A stretch of DNA of 63,261 nt, the filler included, from Phoronis australis (taxonomy: Eukaryota > Animalia > Phoronida): the NCBI GenBank assembly GCA_002633005.1. It is 5 parts of 5 records of this genome, joined end to end, with 100 filler letters (N's around TTAATTAATTAA, not from the genome) between each part and the next. Parts side by side here need not be neighbours in the genome. Positions count along the whole stretch, not along the records: positions 59,794 to 63,261 come from NMRA01001183.1; 4 more parts are not named here. One strand, given 5' to 3'. Below are positions 62,967-63,261 of this stretch, in pieces. The notes beneath the pieces were generated by a model, which saw nothing but the letters and a program-made list of their open reading frames with translations, did not search any database and had not been told where the DNA came from. The translations under genes were made by a program, and so were the position numbers. Numbering within the stretch: position 1 is the first letter of the stretch; every line of letters starts with the position of its first letter.

Positions 62967-63261
62967 CAGTATGTATACCCCTCCACCATCACTTACATGT
63001 ATTGGGCCCAGTATGTATACCATTTCAACATCACTTACCTGTACTGGGCACAGTATGTATACCCCTCCACCATTACTTACCTGAACTGGGCACAGTATGT
63101 TTAACATTCCAACATCACTTACCTGTACTGGGCACAGTATGTATACCCCTCCACCATCACTTACCTGTACTGGGCACAGTATGTATAACATTCCAACATC
63201 ACTTACCTGTACTGGGCACAGAATGTACACCCCTCCACCATCACTTACCTGTACTGGGCCT
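62967..63261. repeat. Minisatellite, 42-bp unit with two alternating variants (84-bp higher-order), runs off the window
   Basis: Units at 62967, 63009, 63051 and onward, alternating TACCCCTCCACC and TA(A/C)CATT(C/T)CAAC. Confidence 0.95.

Overview
This is AT-rich, intron-rich animal genomic DNA, probably from a marine invertebrate (lophotrochozoan-like; an inference). It is not prokaryotic, and most of the supplied ORF track is noise. The window is five contigs joined by artificial 100-nt spacers (44 N + TTAATTAATTAA + 44 N). Five spliced genes were rebuilt by hand from GT-AG sites: (1) a CAP/CRISP-family, Mr30/Tex31-like cysteine-rich secreted protein (+, partial); (2) the 3' half of IFT74 (+), whose last intron is a U12-type minor intron; (3) a complete 11-exon NIPAL2/NIPA-like putative Mg2+ transporter (-); (4) the first two exons of a GM2-activator/ML-domain protein (+); (5) three internal exons of TEX11/ZIP4 (-). 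The rest is mostly transposon debris: Kolobok derivatives carrying THAP and KolX/P2X7-ballast-like remnants, a LOA/R1-like LINE, a Penelope fragment with an inverted pseudo-LTR, an Academ-like TIR pair, 5-bp-TSD elements and MITEs. The most notable observations are recurrent palindromic micro-insertions at TA sites (TACATGTA, TAGGCCTA, TACAGTA) shown by paralog comparison, tandemly amplified splice sites in two genes, a four-layer nested transposon, uORFs ahead of the Mg transporter, and an unidentified decayed multicopy coding family. Family assignments come from recalled motifs; no database search was run.
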